64,000 nucleotides of DNA, taken from positions 47,685-111,684 of the forward strand of contig JARVGK010000005.1 in NCBI GenBank assembly GCA_029762535.1, read 5' to 3'. The first letter of the stretch is position 1; each line of letters starts with the position of its first letter. The position numbers and the translations under genes were made by a program. This document shows positions 50,759-59,568 of this stretch, piece by piece. The notes beneath the pieces are model-generated. The model was not told the DNA's origin. It ran no database searches and saw nothing but the letters and a program-made list of their open reading frames with translations. This stretch comes from Thermoplasmatota archaeon (GTDB taxonomy: Archaea; Thermoplasmatota; Penumbrarchaeia; Penumbrarchaeales; Penumbrarchaeaceae).

Positions 50759-51913
50759 TCAATCGGTTCCTGACCTATTGAACCTTGCGGTCGCGACGCT
50801 GTAAGCGCCGATAACCATGGCAAGCAGTAGAAAAAATTCAAATAATCCTATCATCATAAGAACGGGCAAACATAGGATGCCGAGCCCTGCCATGGCATTC
50901 CAAAGCATATGGTTGATGATGCCGATACCAATAAAAGGAAGGGATATCAAAGGCAGCAGGAGATCGCTGGGGAGCACTTGGACTATTTTTACATTCCCCC
51001 TCTCTCTAAGAGTAAGGGATCGAAACCATCCAAAAGCGATCCCTATCAGAACAGGTCCGATCATGTGAATGACCATGTTGAAGAATGATCTGAAACCAAT
51101 TAGTAGGAAGAAACCCATTCCGCCTGCGGCTATGATAGCGTTAACCCCGTACAAGAAGTTCTCGACCAGGGCGAAGCCAGCTCCGAATAGAATGCCATAG
51201 AGAATCCCATCCGTTTCATCTTTGATCTGGGAGAATATCAGGAAGAAACCAAGAGCTTTGAAGACCTCCTCGAATAATGGTGCTGATAACACGGAAGCGT
51301 CTAATCCGATCGGCTCCATCCATATGAAGTTGAAGGTGTTGATGAACAGCGATGGGAACGTGCTGAGCATTCCCCATAGAAGGGCGACAACTAGATATCC
51401 CCTCGGTTCTGGCTCGTAAGGATCGAACGCGTAGCCGAAGGACATCCAGGCTATAGCAGGCATTGTGATAGTTATTAGCATGAAGGGAAAGGAAATCGGA
51501 AGCGCGATCAAGCAAATAGGATTGACACTGGGAGGTATCAAGAAGAGAACTGTCGAGACGATGAGGCTGAAGATGAATATGAATATGGAAATACCAAAAG
51601 TCGTAAGTTTCTGGGTAATGTATAACTTACGATAGTTATTATGCTGTCCGTATATCGGTGTGGATATCTGGATAAAGGGTATTGTCCAAAAAGACTTGCT
51701 TCTCTTTATCATATACGTAAAGCCAATGTTGAAAACTATTCCGGAAAATATCACAAAAGGTATCAACAGAAGTGATAATACAAAGCCAAGCAATGCGAAC
51801 GCGGTTCCAAATAGTTCGAATAGAACTAGGATCGCTCCAAGTATGACCGTTAGGATAAAAACAAGAATAAGTATGGTCGCCGTAGTGCCCGCATCGCCCA
51901 TCAATCCGCCCAT
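50759..51913 (-). CDS. PrsW-family intramembrane metalloprotease
   Basis: Motifs EEVFK (EExxK), FALVENFLY (FxxxE), HMIGPVLIG (HxxxxG) in a polytopic membrane protein. Confidence 0.6.
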   Translation of the reverse strand: MGGLMGDAGTTATILILVFILTVILGAILVLFELFGTAFALLGFVLSLLLIPFVIFSGIVFNIGFTYMIKRSKSFWTIPFIQISTPIYGQHNNYRKLYITQKLTTFGISIFIFIFSLIVSTVLFLIPPSVNPICLIALPISFPFMLITITMPAIAWMSFGYAFDPYEPEPRGYLVVALLWGMLSTFPSLFINTFNFIWMEPIGLDASVLSAPLFEEVFKALGFFLIFSQIKDETDGILYGILFGAGFALVENFLYGVNAIIAAGGMGFFLLIGFRSFFNMVIHMIGPVLIGIAFGWFRSLTLRERGNVKIVQVLPSDLLLPLISLPFIGIGIINHMLWNAMAGLGILCLPVLMMIGLFEFFLLLAMVIGAYSVATARFNRSGTD

Positions 51914-51955
51914 GAAGGTGAACAGCTTTTTTTTCCTCAGTATCTTAAAGCCTCC

Positions 51956-52486
51956 TCAATGATCGATCCCAAGTTTTTCGATCAGAATGGATAAAACGGC
52001 ATCAGCGGATATTTCGGAAGAGTCGATCACAATGTCATACCATTTCGGGTCGGATGGATCTATCCCGTAATGTCTGACGTACCTTTCTATCTCCAGCCTT
52101 TCCCTCTCCACCATCTCTTCTTTGACCTTCTCGATCGATCCACCGTCCCTCTCACGGGAGCGCTGTACCCGTATCTCAGGCGATGCGGTGATATATATCC
52201 TCGTCGATGGGATCCCTTCCTTTGCACAGAGTGGGCCTATCATCCTTCCCTCGAGAATCGCATTCCCTTTTTTCGCCTCATCGATCATTCTCATGTCGAG
52301 CTCATGATCGAGATCGGGGTCTTCCTTACACCTTCGGGAGAGTTCTAGAAGGTCCATCCCTCTCTTCCTTCCCTCATATCTGAATATCTCCCCGGCATAT
52401 ACATAGCGAAGTGATATCCTCTCTTTCAGCATTCTGGCGACAGTGCTCTTTCCAGAACCCGGTGGCCCACCTATCGTTATTATCAT
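51956..52486 (-). CDS. cmk: cytidylate kinase (archaeal type)
   Basis: MIITIGGPPGSGKSTVARMLKE P-loop; 176 aa, archaeal Cmk size. Confidence 0.85.
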   Translation of the reverse strand: MIITIGGPPGSGKSTVARMLKERISLRYVYAGEIFRYEGRKRGMDLLELSRRCKEDPDLDHELDMRMIDEAKKGNAILEGRMIGPLCAKEGIPSTRIYITASPEIRVQRSRERDGGSIEKVKEEMVERERLEIERYVRHYGIDPSDPKWYDIVIDSSEISADAVLSILIEKLGIDH

Positions 52487-52632
52487 CAGACTTGGATGAA
52501 ATAGGTATGACTATATCTAACCACCCATTTCCATTATCGTAGAATATCGTGATAAACCTTATAACCGAATGGACGATGTATATCTTGAAATATCAAGTTT
52601 CGATAATCGTTTGACCGAACAAGGGGTAAAAG

Positions 52633-54705
52633 ATGGCGACCAATGCATTAGTCAAGGAACAGATTATCCAGGGTATGAAGGAAATCGACAACATATCCAC
52701 TATCCTATCGAAACTCAAGAGCGATCTCAAGAGCAAGGAGGCATTGCTCAGGAAGATGGAGACAGCACTTGAGAACAGCGAGGAAAGACTTCAAAAGAAG
52801 GTAGCGGAGATAGAGGAGAAGGACAAGAGACTATCGGAGATAGAAGGTAAACTCCTCAAGAGGCAGGAGGATCTAAGAATCCAGGAAAAGGAGCTTCAGA
52901 CGAATGCCGTTCTAGAATACCTATCTTTTCAGGCAAGGGAAATGGAGATCCAAAAACTGATGGAAAGAGCACCGGATCCAGATGCACAAATAAAGATGTC
53001 AGCTCATCTGGAGGATTATAAGCGAAAGCTTGAAATTCGAGACAAAAGGATCGCTGAACTGGAGATGGCCATTGAACGATCATCTGACAAGGGAGCATCG
53101 CTATCTGATCATGACACGAAGAGGATCGAGGCGACAGAGAAGGAAATGGAGGAATTAAAAGAAAGTCTCTCCAAGAAAGAAAAGGAGCTAATGGACAGGG
53201 AAGAGGAACTCCTACAGAACCAGAAGAGAACGGAAATGGGAATGAGCGAAGAGGATAAGAAGATCATGAAGGTGATCACTGAAAGGGAGGCGGAGATAAG
53301 GAAAATGGAAGAATCCGTCAAGAACAGACAGAGGGAGATAAACCAAGTTCTTGATAATATGGAGATGAAAGAGAATCGGATAAAAGACCTTCAAGACGAG
53401 CTTCGTATGAAAGACCAGCTCATTAGAATGAAGGAGGAGAGCGCGCAGATGATCGAAGGGTCATCCTCGCCGGATATTGAGGAGATTAGGTCTAAGATAG
53501 AGAAGGGTTTCACATCAAGAATCGAGATAATGGAGCAGAACTACCGTACCAAACTCGATGAAGCGCTCAAGAAGATGGACCAGCTTAAGACACGAAACGA
53601 AGAGCTGGAGATGATGGGGGATCAGCTCTCATCAGAAAAACTCAGGACCACACTGCTCGAAAGAGAGCTCAAAGATAGGATGAACGAGATACAGTTCGCT
53701 GAAGAGAGACTTCAGAGAAGGCATGAGCTGATGCTCAAGGAGAGGAAACAGATCGATGAGCAGGCCAAGAAGATGTCAGAAATGAAGGAGGGCAAACAGG
53801 TCGCCCATTTGAACGAGGAGCTCGCCAATCGCGAAAAGCAGCTCAGGGATATCGAGAACAAGCTTCGGGAAAAGGAGGAATATCTAAGAAAGAAGGAGAG
53901 GGACCTAAGGGGTATTGAGAGCCAGATCGTCGATAAGGATATAATGCTCGAAGCCGAGATCGAATCACAAGCTGGATTGAACAGGGTCAGAACGGGAGTA
54001 AGGCGTTTCGATGATCTTTGTTACGGGGGATTCGAGCCGAATTCGAACTTCATACTATACGGCCCTGCATACTCTGGAAGAAGAACATTCACTAATCTCT
54101 ACATAGCGGAGGGATTGAAAAAAGGGATCCCTACGATATATGTTTCTACTCAGCATACACCTCATGAGATAAAGGAGCAGTTGAGAAGATTGATACCTAA
54201 GATCGATGTATACGAGGAGAAGGGCCTGATAAAATACATTGATATGTATTCAAGGTCGATGGGGATAACTGAACAACTTGAAAACACCATATACATAGAG
54301 AAATCGACGGACCTGGAAGCTCTGGAGAACGCCATCAGTACATTCCAGGAGGAGTTCAAGGGTAAATATCCCTATCACAAGATAGTGTTCTTTTCTCTAT
54401 CGACCCTGCTTACCTATATAGAACCATTATCCATTTTCCGATTCTTCCAGATACTGAACGCGAAGAACAAGAGGGCCAATGCGGTATCCATATATGTGAT
54501 CGATACTGGAATGCACGATCAATCGGTCATACAAACACTCAAACATGTCATGACCGGGTTCATTGAGTTCAAGTTGGAGGACCTGAAGTACTTCCTGAGG
54601 ATCGAAGGAGGAGGGGATGTGATGTCCAGGGCCTGGATAGAATACTCCTTCACGGACAAGAGCTTCGATCTAAGAGGTTCGTTCTCTCTGGACCATATTA
54701 GATAG
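52633..54705 (+). CDS. long coiled-coil protein (about 440 aa, E/K/R/M-rich heptads) fused to a C-terminal KaiC/RecA-like domain with a degenerate Walker A (GPAYSGRRTF, no Lys)
   Basis: C-terminal TGVRRFDDLCYGGFEPNSNFILYGPAYSGRRTFTNLYIAEG matches the KaiC/RadA-like fold signature but lacks the P-loop lysine. The N-terminal 440 aa are nearly pure coiled coil. Confidence 0.6.
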   Translation: MATNALVKEQIIQGMKEIDNISTILSKLKSDLKSKEALLRKMETALENSEERLQKKVAEIEEKDKRLSEIEGKLLKRQEDLRIQEKELQTNAVLEYLSFQAREMEIQKLMERAPDPDAQIKMSAHLEDYKRKLEIRDKRIAELEMAIERSSDKGASLSDHDTKRIEATEKEMEELKESLSKKEKELMDREEELLQNQKRTEMGMSEEDKKIMKVITEREAEIRKMEESVKNRQREINQVLDNMEMKENRIKDLQDELRMKDQLIRMKEESAQMIEGSSSPDIEEIRSKIEKGFTSRIEIMEQNYRTKLDEALKKMDQLKTRNEELEMMGDQLSSEKLRTTLLERELKDRMNEIQFAEERLQRRHELMLKERKQIDEQAKKMSEMKEGKQVAHLNEELANREKQLRDIENKLREKEEYLRKKERDLRGIESQIVDKDIMLEAEIESQAGLNRVRTGVRRFDDLCYGGFEPNSNFILYGPAYSGRRTFTNLYIAEGLKKGIPTIYVSTQHTPHEIKEQLRRLIPKIDVYEEKGLIKYIDMYSRSMGITEQLENTIYIEKSTDLEALENAISTFQEEFKGKYPYHKIVFFSLSTLLTYIEPLSIFRFFQILNAKNKRANAVSIYVIDTGMHDQSVIQTLKHVMTGFIEFKLEDLKYFLRIEGGGDVMSRAWIEYSFTDKSFDLRGSFSLDHIR

Positions 54706-54710
54706 TCGTA

Positions 54711-55586
54711 TCAACCGTGATTGGAACCTTCCTTGATTATGCTCTCATGGTCGAACGCGAGAGGAGGCAGGGAGAGAACGTCGAACCATCTTGCCTCGCT
54801 TGCATCGTCCCCTGCTTGTGGTTCGATATCATTTTCGACCTTTAGATCGAAGACGATGGATATCACATGACCTCTTGGATCCCTACCTGGCATGGATCGA
54901 ACCTGTTTAAGAATTGGAGATGTGCATACGACCCCTGTCTCCTCTAGCACCTCTCTTATTATCGTCTCTTCCGAGGATTCGTTGTATTCCATGAAACCCC
55001 CCGGAAACGCCCACATGTCTTTATAAGGCTCAGCCCCTCTCTTGACAAGAAGTATTTCTCTTTTCCCATCTTTGTCCCTCGTGATCATGCCATCGACGGC
55101 GATCCGTGGAACTTTGATCTTTGGTAGTATCGATAGCTCGGACCTATTCCTTATCAATCTATCTATATGATCGACCGTTCTCCTATAGTTGGACATGGCT
55201 ACCTGTACATGCGATTCCACCAAGGTCCATGCGTTGGATAAGGAAGTATATCTTATCCTGTAACATTTTCTCGTCTTTCGAGATGGTCCTTTTTTGGCTC
55301 CTTCGTAAGGAACTATCACCTCATCAAGTATGTCCATTCCTTTTAGTTTGTTCAGATATCTGTATAAAGTGGACCTGTTCGCGTTCAAATGAGTCAGCAG
55401 TTCATCCACGGTCCATGGTTTTTCCGGATGCATAAGAAAACAATCGTTCATCAAACGAAAACCTACATCATCCTCTGATCCCTCGGGAAGATAGCCTATC
55501 TGCTTGAGAAAGGTCTTCAGGGCTGCTTCCATATCTTCCTCTGCCCCGAGAGGATTGTTCCTTACCACCCTGATCTCGAAAGCCAT
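54711..55586 (-). CDS. Nudix hydrolase with an N-terminal winged-HTH domain
   Basis: Nudix box GGFMEYNESSEETIIREVLEETGV (Gx5Ex7REUxEExGU); N-terminal LYRYLNKLKGMDIL-type wHTH. Confidence 0.75.
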   Translation of the reverse strand: MAFEIRVVRNNPLGAEEDMEAALKTFLKQIGYLPEGSEDDVGFRLMNDCFLMHPEKPWTVDELLTHLNANRSTLYRYLNKLKGMDILDEVIVPYEGAKKGPSRKTRKCYRIRYTSLSNAWTLVESHVQVAMSNYRRTVDHIDRLIRNRSELSILPKIKVPRIAVDGMITRDKDGKREILLVKRGAEPYKDMWAFPGGFMEYNESSEETIIREVLEETGVVCTSPILKQVRSMPGRDPRGHVISIVFDLKVENDIEPQAGDDASEARWFDVLSLPPLAFDHESIIKEGSNHG

Positions 55587-55680
55587 TTCATTACCCTAAC
55601 CCAAAAGCATCTTTTAAGATATAATGATTGACCATTCTTCAAAGGGGAAGATTAGATATAATGTAAACATTTGAGGTGTC

Positions 55681-56046
55681 ATGCCGAAGCGTACAAAGAA
55701 GGACGAAGAGGTTGTTACGCAGGATAATGAATCGGATCCCTTTCCAGATGTACATAAGGGCCCATTGAGGGACAGGAGCTTCGGATTGAGGGTTGATGAT
55801 GATATTGAAGTACAGATCATCGCGGGTAATTCTCTAATCAGTATGAGAGGCAGGATCCTCTCATTGAAGGACGACCTCGAGATAGTTGATGAAGATGGAT
55901 ATTATCACAAGGTGGTAATGGATTGGATCGTTGATACCAAAGTGATACGTCATAACAGGCCTTCTCCGGAAAAAGACCCAGAGATGATAAGGAGGCCTCT
56001 GAAAGCCAAGCTTAAGAAACCGCTTGTCGATCACGCTTATTATTGA
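55681..56046 (+). CDS. hypothetical small protein (121 aa)
   Basis: ORF with ATG start; no recognisable motif. Confidence 0.35.
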   Translation: MPKRTKKDEEVVTQDNESDPFPDVHKGPLRDRSFGLRVDDDIEVQIIAGNSLISMRGRILSLKDDLEIVDEDGYYHKVVMDWIVDTKVIRHNRPSPEKDPEMIRRPLKAKLKKPLVDHAYY

Positions 56047-56139
56047 GCAAGTTTCCTTTCCGTTGGATCACTTCACTTATCGTCTAATCTCATATACAAC
56101 GATAGTTAAGTTTATAGACTGTTCATCCTTACCCCTTTC

Positions 56140-56892
56140 ATGGTCCTTTACGAAGAAAAAACAATTGAGGACGTCAAGGATTCTATGTGGCTTGCAAGAG
56201 AGAGACTTGCAGAGAAGCTCGCCTCTGAGATCATTCTTTCTAAGAACCCCTCCCAGACCTTCAGGTCCTGGAGGGACCAGTTTTCTGTCTCACAGCAGGA
56301 CCTGGCTCAGGAGATTGGCGTATCTCCATCTCAACTATCCGATTATGAGAAGGGTAGAAGGAAGAATCCTTCCCTGAACCTTATGAAGAGGATGATCGAG
56401 GGCCTTATCAAGCTGGACGTAAAAAGAGGGGCCAATACCATCAAGAAATACTCGATGGACCTTCAGGACGAGGCCATACTCGATATGGCAGAGTTCACGA
56501 TCGGCGTAAATCCGAGCGTATTCATGGATGTGATACAAGGAACTCTTCAGAGCGGAACGGGCGATGATCAAGACGACTATATAAGGCGTCCCATACTGGG
56601 CTATTCGATAATAGACTCGATATTAGGAATATTGCGATTCTCGTCACTTGATTATATGAGGATATACGGTAGGTCCACAGAGAGGGCGCTTCTCTTCACC
56701 AAGGTCGCTTATGGTAGGTCCCCAATGATAGCCGTAAGAGCTCACCCGATCAAACCCGCAATGGTAGTTTACATTCAACCGGAAAAGGTCGACCCTCTTG
56801 CTATAAAGCTTGCAAGACTTGAGAGGATACCATTGATAACCACTCATCTTTCCGTTGATGATATCAGTAAGAGGTTACGAAAGCTGATATGA
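56140..56892 (+). CDS. XRE-family HTH transcriptional regulator with a C-terminal uncharacterised domain, immediately upstream of the HMGCS/thiolase/DUF35 cluster
   Basis: HTH_XRE motif QQDLAQEIGVSPSQLSDYEKGRR; 250 aa. Confidence 0.6.
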   Translation: MVLYEEKTIEDVKDSMWLARERLAEKLASEIILSKNPSQTFRSWRDQFSVSQQDLAQEIGVSPSQLSDYEKGRRKNPSLNLMKRMIEGLIKLDVKRGANTIKKYSMDLQDEAILDMAEFTIGVNPSVFMDVIQGTLQSGTGDDQDDYIRRPILGYSIIDSILGILRFSSLDYMRIYGRSTERALLFTKVAYGRSPMIAVRAHPIKPAMVVYIQPEKVDPLAIKLARLERIPLITTHLSVDDISKRLRKLI

Positions 56893-56904
56893 GGAGGAAT
56901 ATGA

Positions 56905-57969
56905 TTGAAAGCAGGGATCGTGAGCTATGGCATATACATACCAAGGTATAGGATAACTCCTGCCTCCATTGGTGCGGTTTGGGGACAGGACGGGAACTCA
57001 ATGGGGAAAGCGCTGGGTATAGAATCCAAAAGCGTACCCGCCCCGGATGAGGATGCGGCCACAATAGCAGTTGAATCGGCAAGGAGGATGCTCAGAAGGG
57101 TACGAGTAGATCCGTCAAGGATAGGTGCGATATTCGTAGGCAGCGAATCTCATCCGTATGCTGTCAAACCGACGGCTACGATCGTTGGAGAGGCCATCGG
57201 TGCCACTCCGGTAATGACCGCCGCGGATTTCGAATTCGCCTGCAAGGCAGGAACGGCCGCGATACAGGCCTGCCTTGGATTGGTTCACATGGATGACAAT
57301 GTCATGCCCATGGATTATGCCCTTGCCATAGGTTCGGATACCTCTCAAGGAGCACCGGGAAATGCTCTGGAATACTCGGCATCCGCGGGAGGGGTGTCCT
57401 TTCTAATTGGAAAGGACGATGTCATAGCGAAGATAGACCATTCGATCTCGATAACGACCGACACTCCAGATTTCTGGAGAAGGGAGGGGATGAAATACCC
57501 TTCTCACGCTGAAAGGTTCACAGGTGTTCCGGCATATTTCAAGCATGTGGAGATGTGCGCTAGTAAGGTCATGGAGAATATGGGAACGAAACCAGGAGAT
57601 TACGATTATGCCGTATTCCATCAACCGAATGGAAAATTCCCAGTAAACGTTGCAAGGAAACTGGGATTCACCTCCGAAAAGATAGCTCCTGGTTTGTGGA
57701 CACCCAGGATCGGCAATACCTATTCTGCTTCCATGATGATGGGGTTAGCTGGCATCCTGGATGTGGCAAAGCCCAATGATCTGATACTTGGGGTATCATA
57801 CGGTTCCGGTGCAGGTTCCGATGGTTTTCACATAGAGATAACCGATGCGATAGAGGATTTCAACAGATCGGCCTCTCCTCTGGTAGCGGATGAGGCAGGA
57901 CTTGGAATGGATATAGATTACGCGACATACCTGAAATTTAGGAAGAAGATAAAGATGGAGGGGGAATGA
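56905..57969 (+). CDS. hydroxymethylglutaryl-CoA synthase (archaeal type)
   Basis: N-terminal GIVSYGIYIPRYRI and initiation-condensing-enzyme fold; about 350 aa; followed by thiolase and DUF35 as in archaeal mevalonate-pathway clusters. Confidence 0.85.
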   Translation: MKAGIVSYGIYIPRYRITPASIGAVWGQDGNSMGKALGIESKSVPAPDEDAATIAVESARRMLRRVRVDPSRIGAIFVGSESHPYAVKPTATIVGEAIGATPVMTAADFEFACKAGTAAIQACLGLVHMDDNVMPMDYALAIGSDTSQGAPGNALEYSASAGGVSFLIGKDDVIAKIDHSISITTDTPDFWRREGMKYPSHAERFTGVPAYFKHVEMCASKVMENMGTKPGDYDYAVFHQPNGKFPVNVARKLGFTSEKIAPGLWTPRIGNTYSASMMMGLAGILDVAKPNDLILGVSYGSGAGSDGFHIEITDAIEDFNRSASPLVADEAGLGMDIDYATYLKFRKKIKMEGE

Positions 57970-59147
57970 GAATGACTCTATCCAGGGAAGTTGCGGTGAT
58001 CGGTATAGGGCAGACGAAATTCGGTGAGATATGGCACAAGTCCTTCAGGGAGATCGGCATCGAGGCGGGTTTAAGAGCCATACAGGACGCCGGTATCGAA
58101 TCCAGCAAGGTGGATTCGATCTACATCGGGAACATGTCCGCAGGTTTGTTCCTTGACCAGGAACATGTGGCTTCCATGATAGCAGAGGAGGTCGGCCTCA
58201 CAAAGGACAGCGTTCCAGCGACAAGGGTGGAAGCGGCTGATGCATCCGGAGGCCTTGCCTTTCGCCAGGCGATCCTGGATATCTCATCCGGAATGAGCGA
58301 TATCGTCGTCGTCGGAGGGGCAGAGAAGATGTCGGATGTAACTTCACAGATCGCAACCTATTTCACGGCGGCCGGGGCCGATCAATCATGGGAATCGCTC
58401 TTTGGGGCCACAATTCCTTCGCTTTATGCGCTGATGGCGAGAAAACACATGCATGATTTTGGAACGACCAGGGAGCAATTGGGTTTGGTATCGGTTAAGA
58501 ACCACCGTAATGGCTCGCTGAATCCGGATGCGCAATTCCAGAAGGAGATCACCCTTGAACAGGTTCTAAAGGCAGGACCGGTATCAACTCCTTTGGGTGT
58601 TTTCGATTGTGCTCCCATATCGGATGGTGCCGCTGCCATAGTCCTGGCCGAACTTGACCTCGCTAGGGAGTTATGTACGAACCCAATAAAGGTCTCGGGG
58701 ACCGGACAGGGGTCTGATTCCCTATCCATAGCGAACAGGACCGAATTGACGGGATTGAAAGCCACTAGAGCAGCTTCGAAGAGGGCCTATGAGATGGCAG
58801 GAATAAACCCTTCAGAGATATCGGTTGCTGAGGTCCATGACTCATGCACGATAGGCGAGATCATGGCGATAGAGGACCTAGGTTTCTTTGAAAAAGGGGA
58901 CGGGGGTCCAGCCACGGAGAGGGGTGATACCTCCTTGGAAGGAATAATATCCATCAATACATCCGGCGGACTTAAGGCCAGAGGCCATCCTCTCGGAGCT
59001 ACGGGTATCGCCCAGATCAACGAGATCGTCCTTCAGTTGAGGGGTATGGCTGGAAAAAGACAAGTGAAAGACCCATTATACGGGCTCGCCCAGAACGTTG
59101 GAGGAACGGGCGGGACAGTTATAGTGCACATTCTGGAGGCGATCTGA
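57966..59147 (+). CDS. acetyl-CoA C-acetyltransferase (archaeal thiolase / SCP-x type)
   Basis: Thiolase fold, 393 aa, overlapping-start operon with HMGCS; C-terminal NVGGTGGT motif. Confidence 0.85.
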   Translation: MRMTLSREVAVIGIGQTKFGEIWHKSFREIGIEAGLRAIQDAGIESSKVDSIYIGNMSAGLFLDQEHVASMIAEEVGLTKDSVPATRVEAADASGGLAFRQAILDISSGMSDIVVVGGAEKMSDVTSQIATYFTAAGADQSWESLFGATIPSLYALMARKHMHDFGTTREQLGLVSVKNHRNGSLNPDAQFQKEITLEQVLKAGPVSTPLGVFDCAPISDGAAAIVLAELDLARELCTNPIKVSGTGQGSDSLSIANRTELTGLKATRAASKRAYEMAGINPSEISVAEVHDSCTIGEIMAIEDLGFFEKGDGGPATERGDTSLEGIISINTSGGLKARGHPLGATGIAQINEIVLQLRGMAGKRQVKDPLYGLAQNVGGTGGTVIVHILEAI

Positions 59148-59560
59148 TGGCGGTAGCTAGATATTGGAGGCAGCAGGAACAGCGTTATTCACTTGCCGGC
59201 AGCAAATGCGCAATATGTAACGGATCATTCTTTCCCAAGAGGACGATATGCCCAACCTGCCATAGAAGATCAATAGGAAAGATGGAAAAGTTCCTTTTTT
59301 CAGGAAAGGGCAAGGTGGTCACGTATACGATCGTTCACGATCCGATCATAAGCTACGCCGATCAATCTCCATATGTACTAGCGGTGATTGCCCTTGAAGA
59401 GGGTGATCTTGTCCTGGGCCAGATAGTGGATTGTGATCCAAGGATCGTTGATATCGACTTGGATGTTGAAATGGTATTTAGAAGGCTTTCCGCGGAAGGT
59501 GCTTCCGGTACCATCCAGTATGGTTTCAAATTCAGGTTGATGGATGTAGGTTCTAGTTAG
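59147..59560 (+). CDS. DUF35 OB-fold / zinc-ribbon scaffold protein of the thiolase-HMGCS complex
   Basis: Zinc ribbon CAICNGSFFPKRTICPTCHRR followed by an OB-fold region; position downstream of thiolase. Confidence 0.8.
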   Translation: MAVARYWRQQEQRYSLAGSKCAICNGSFFPKRTICPTCHRRSIGKMEKFLFSGKGKVVTYTIVHDPIISYADQSPYVLAVIALEEGDLVLGQIVDCDPRIVDIDLDVEMVFRRLSAEGASGTIQYGFKFRLMDVGSS

Positions 59561-59568
59561 TTTTAAAC

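Noticed and set aside
56864-57082. several 60-120 aa ORFs antisense or offset within HMGCS, thiolase, PPDK, FtsX-permease and FG-GAP genes
   Set aside because: All lie inside strongly supported genes on other frames or strands and show no motifs or start context
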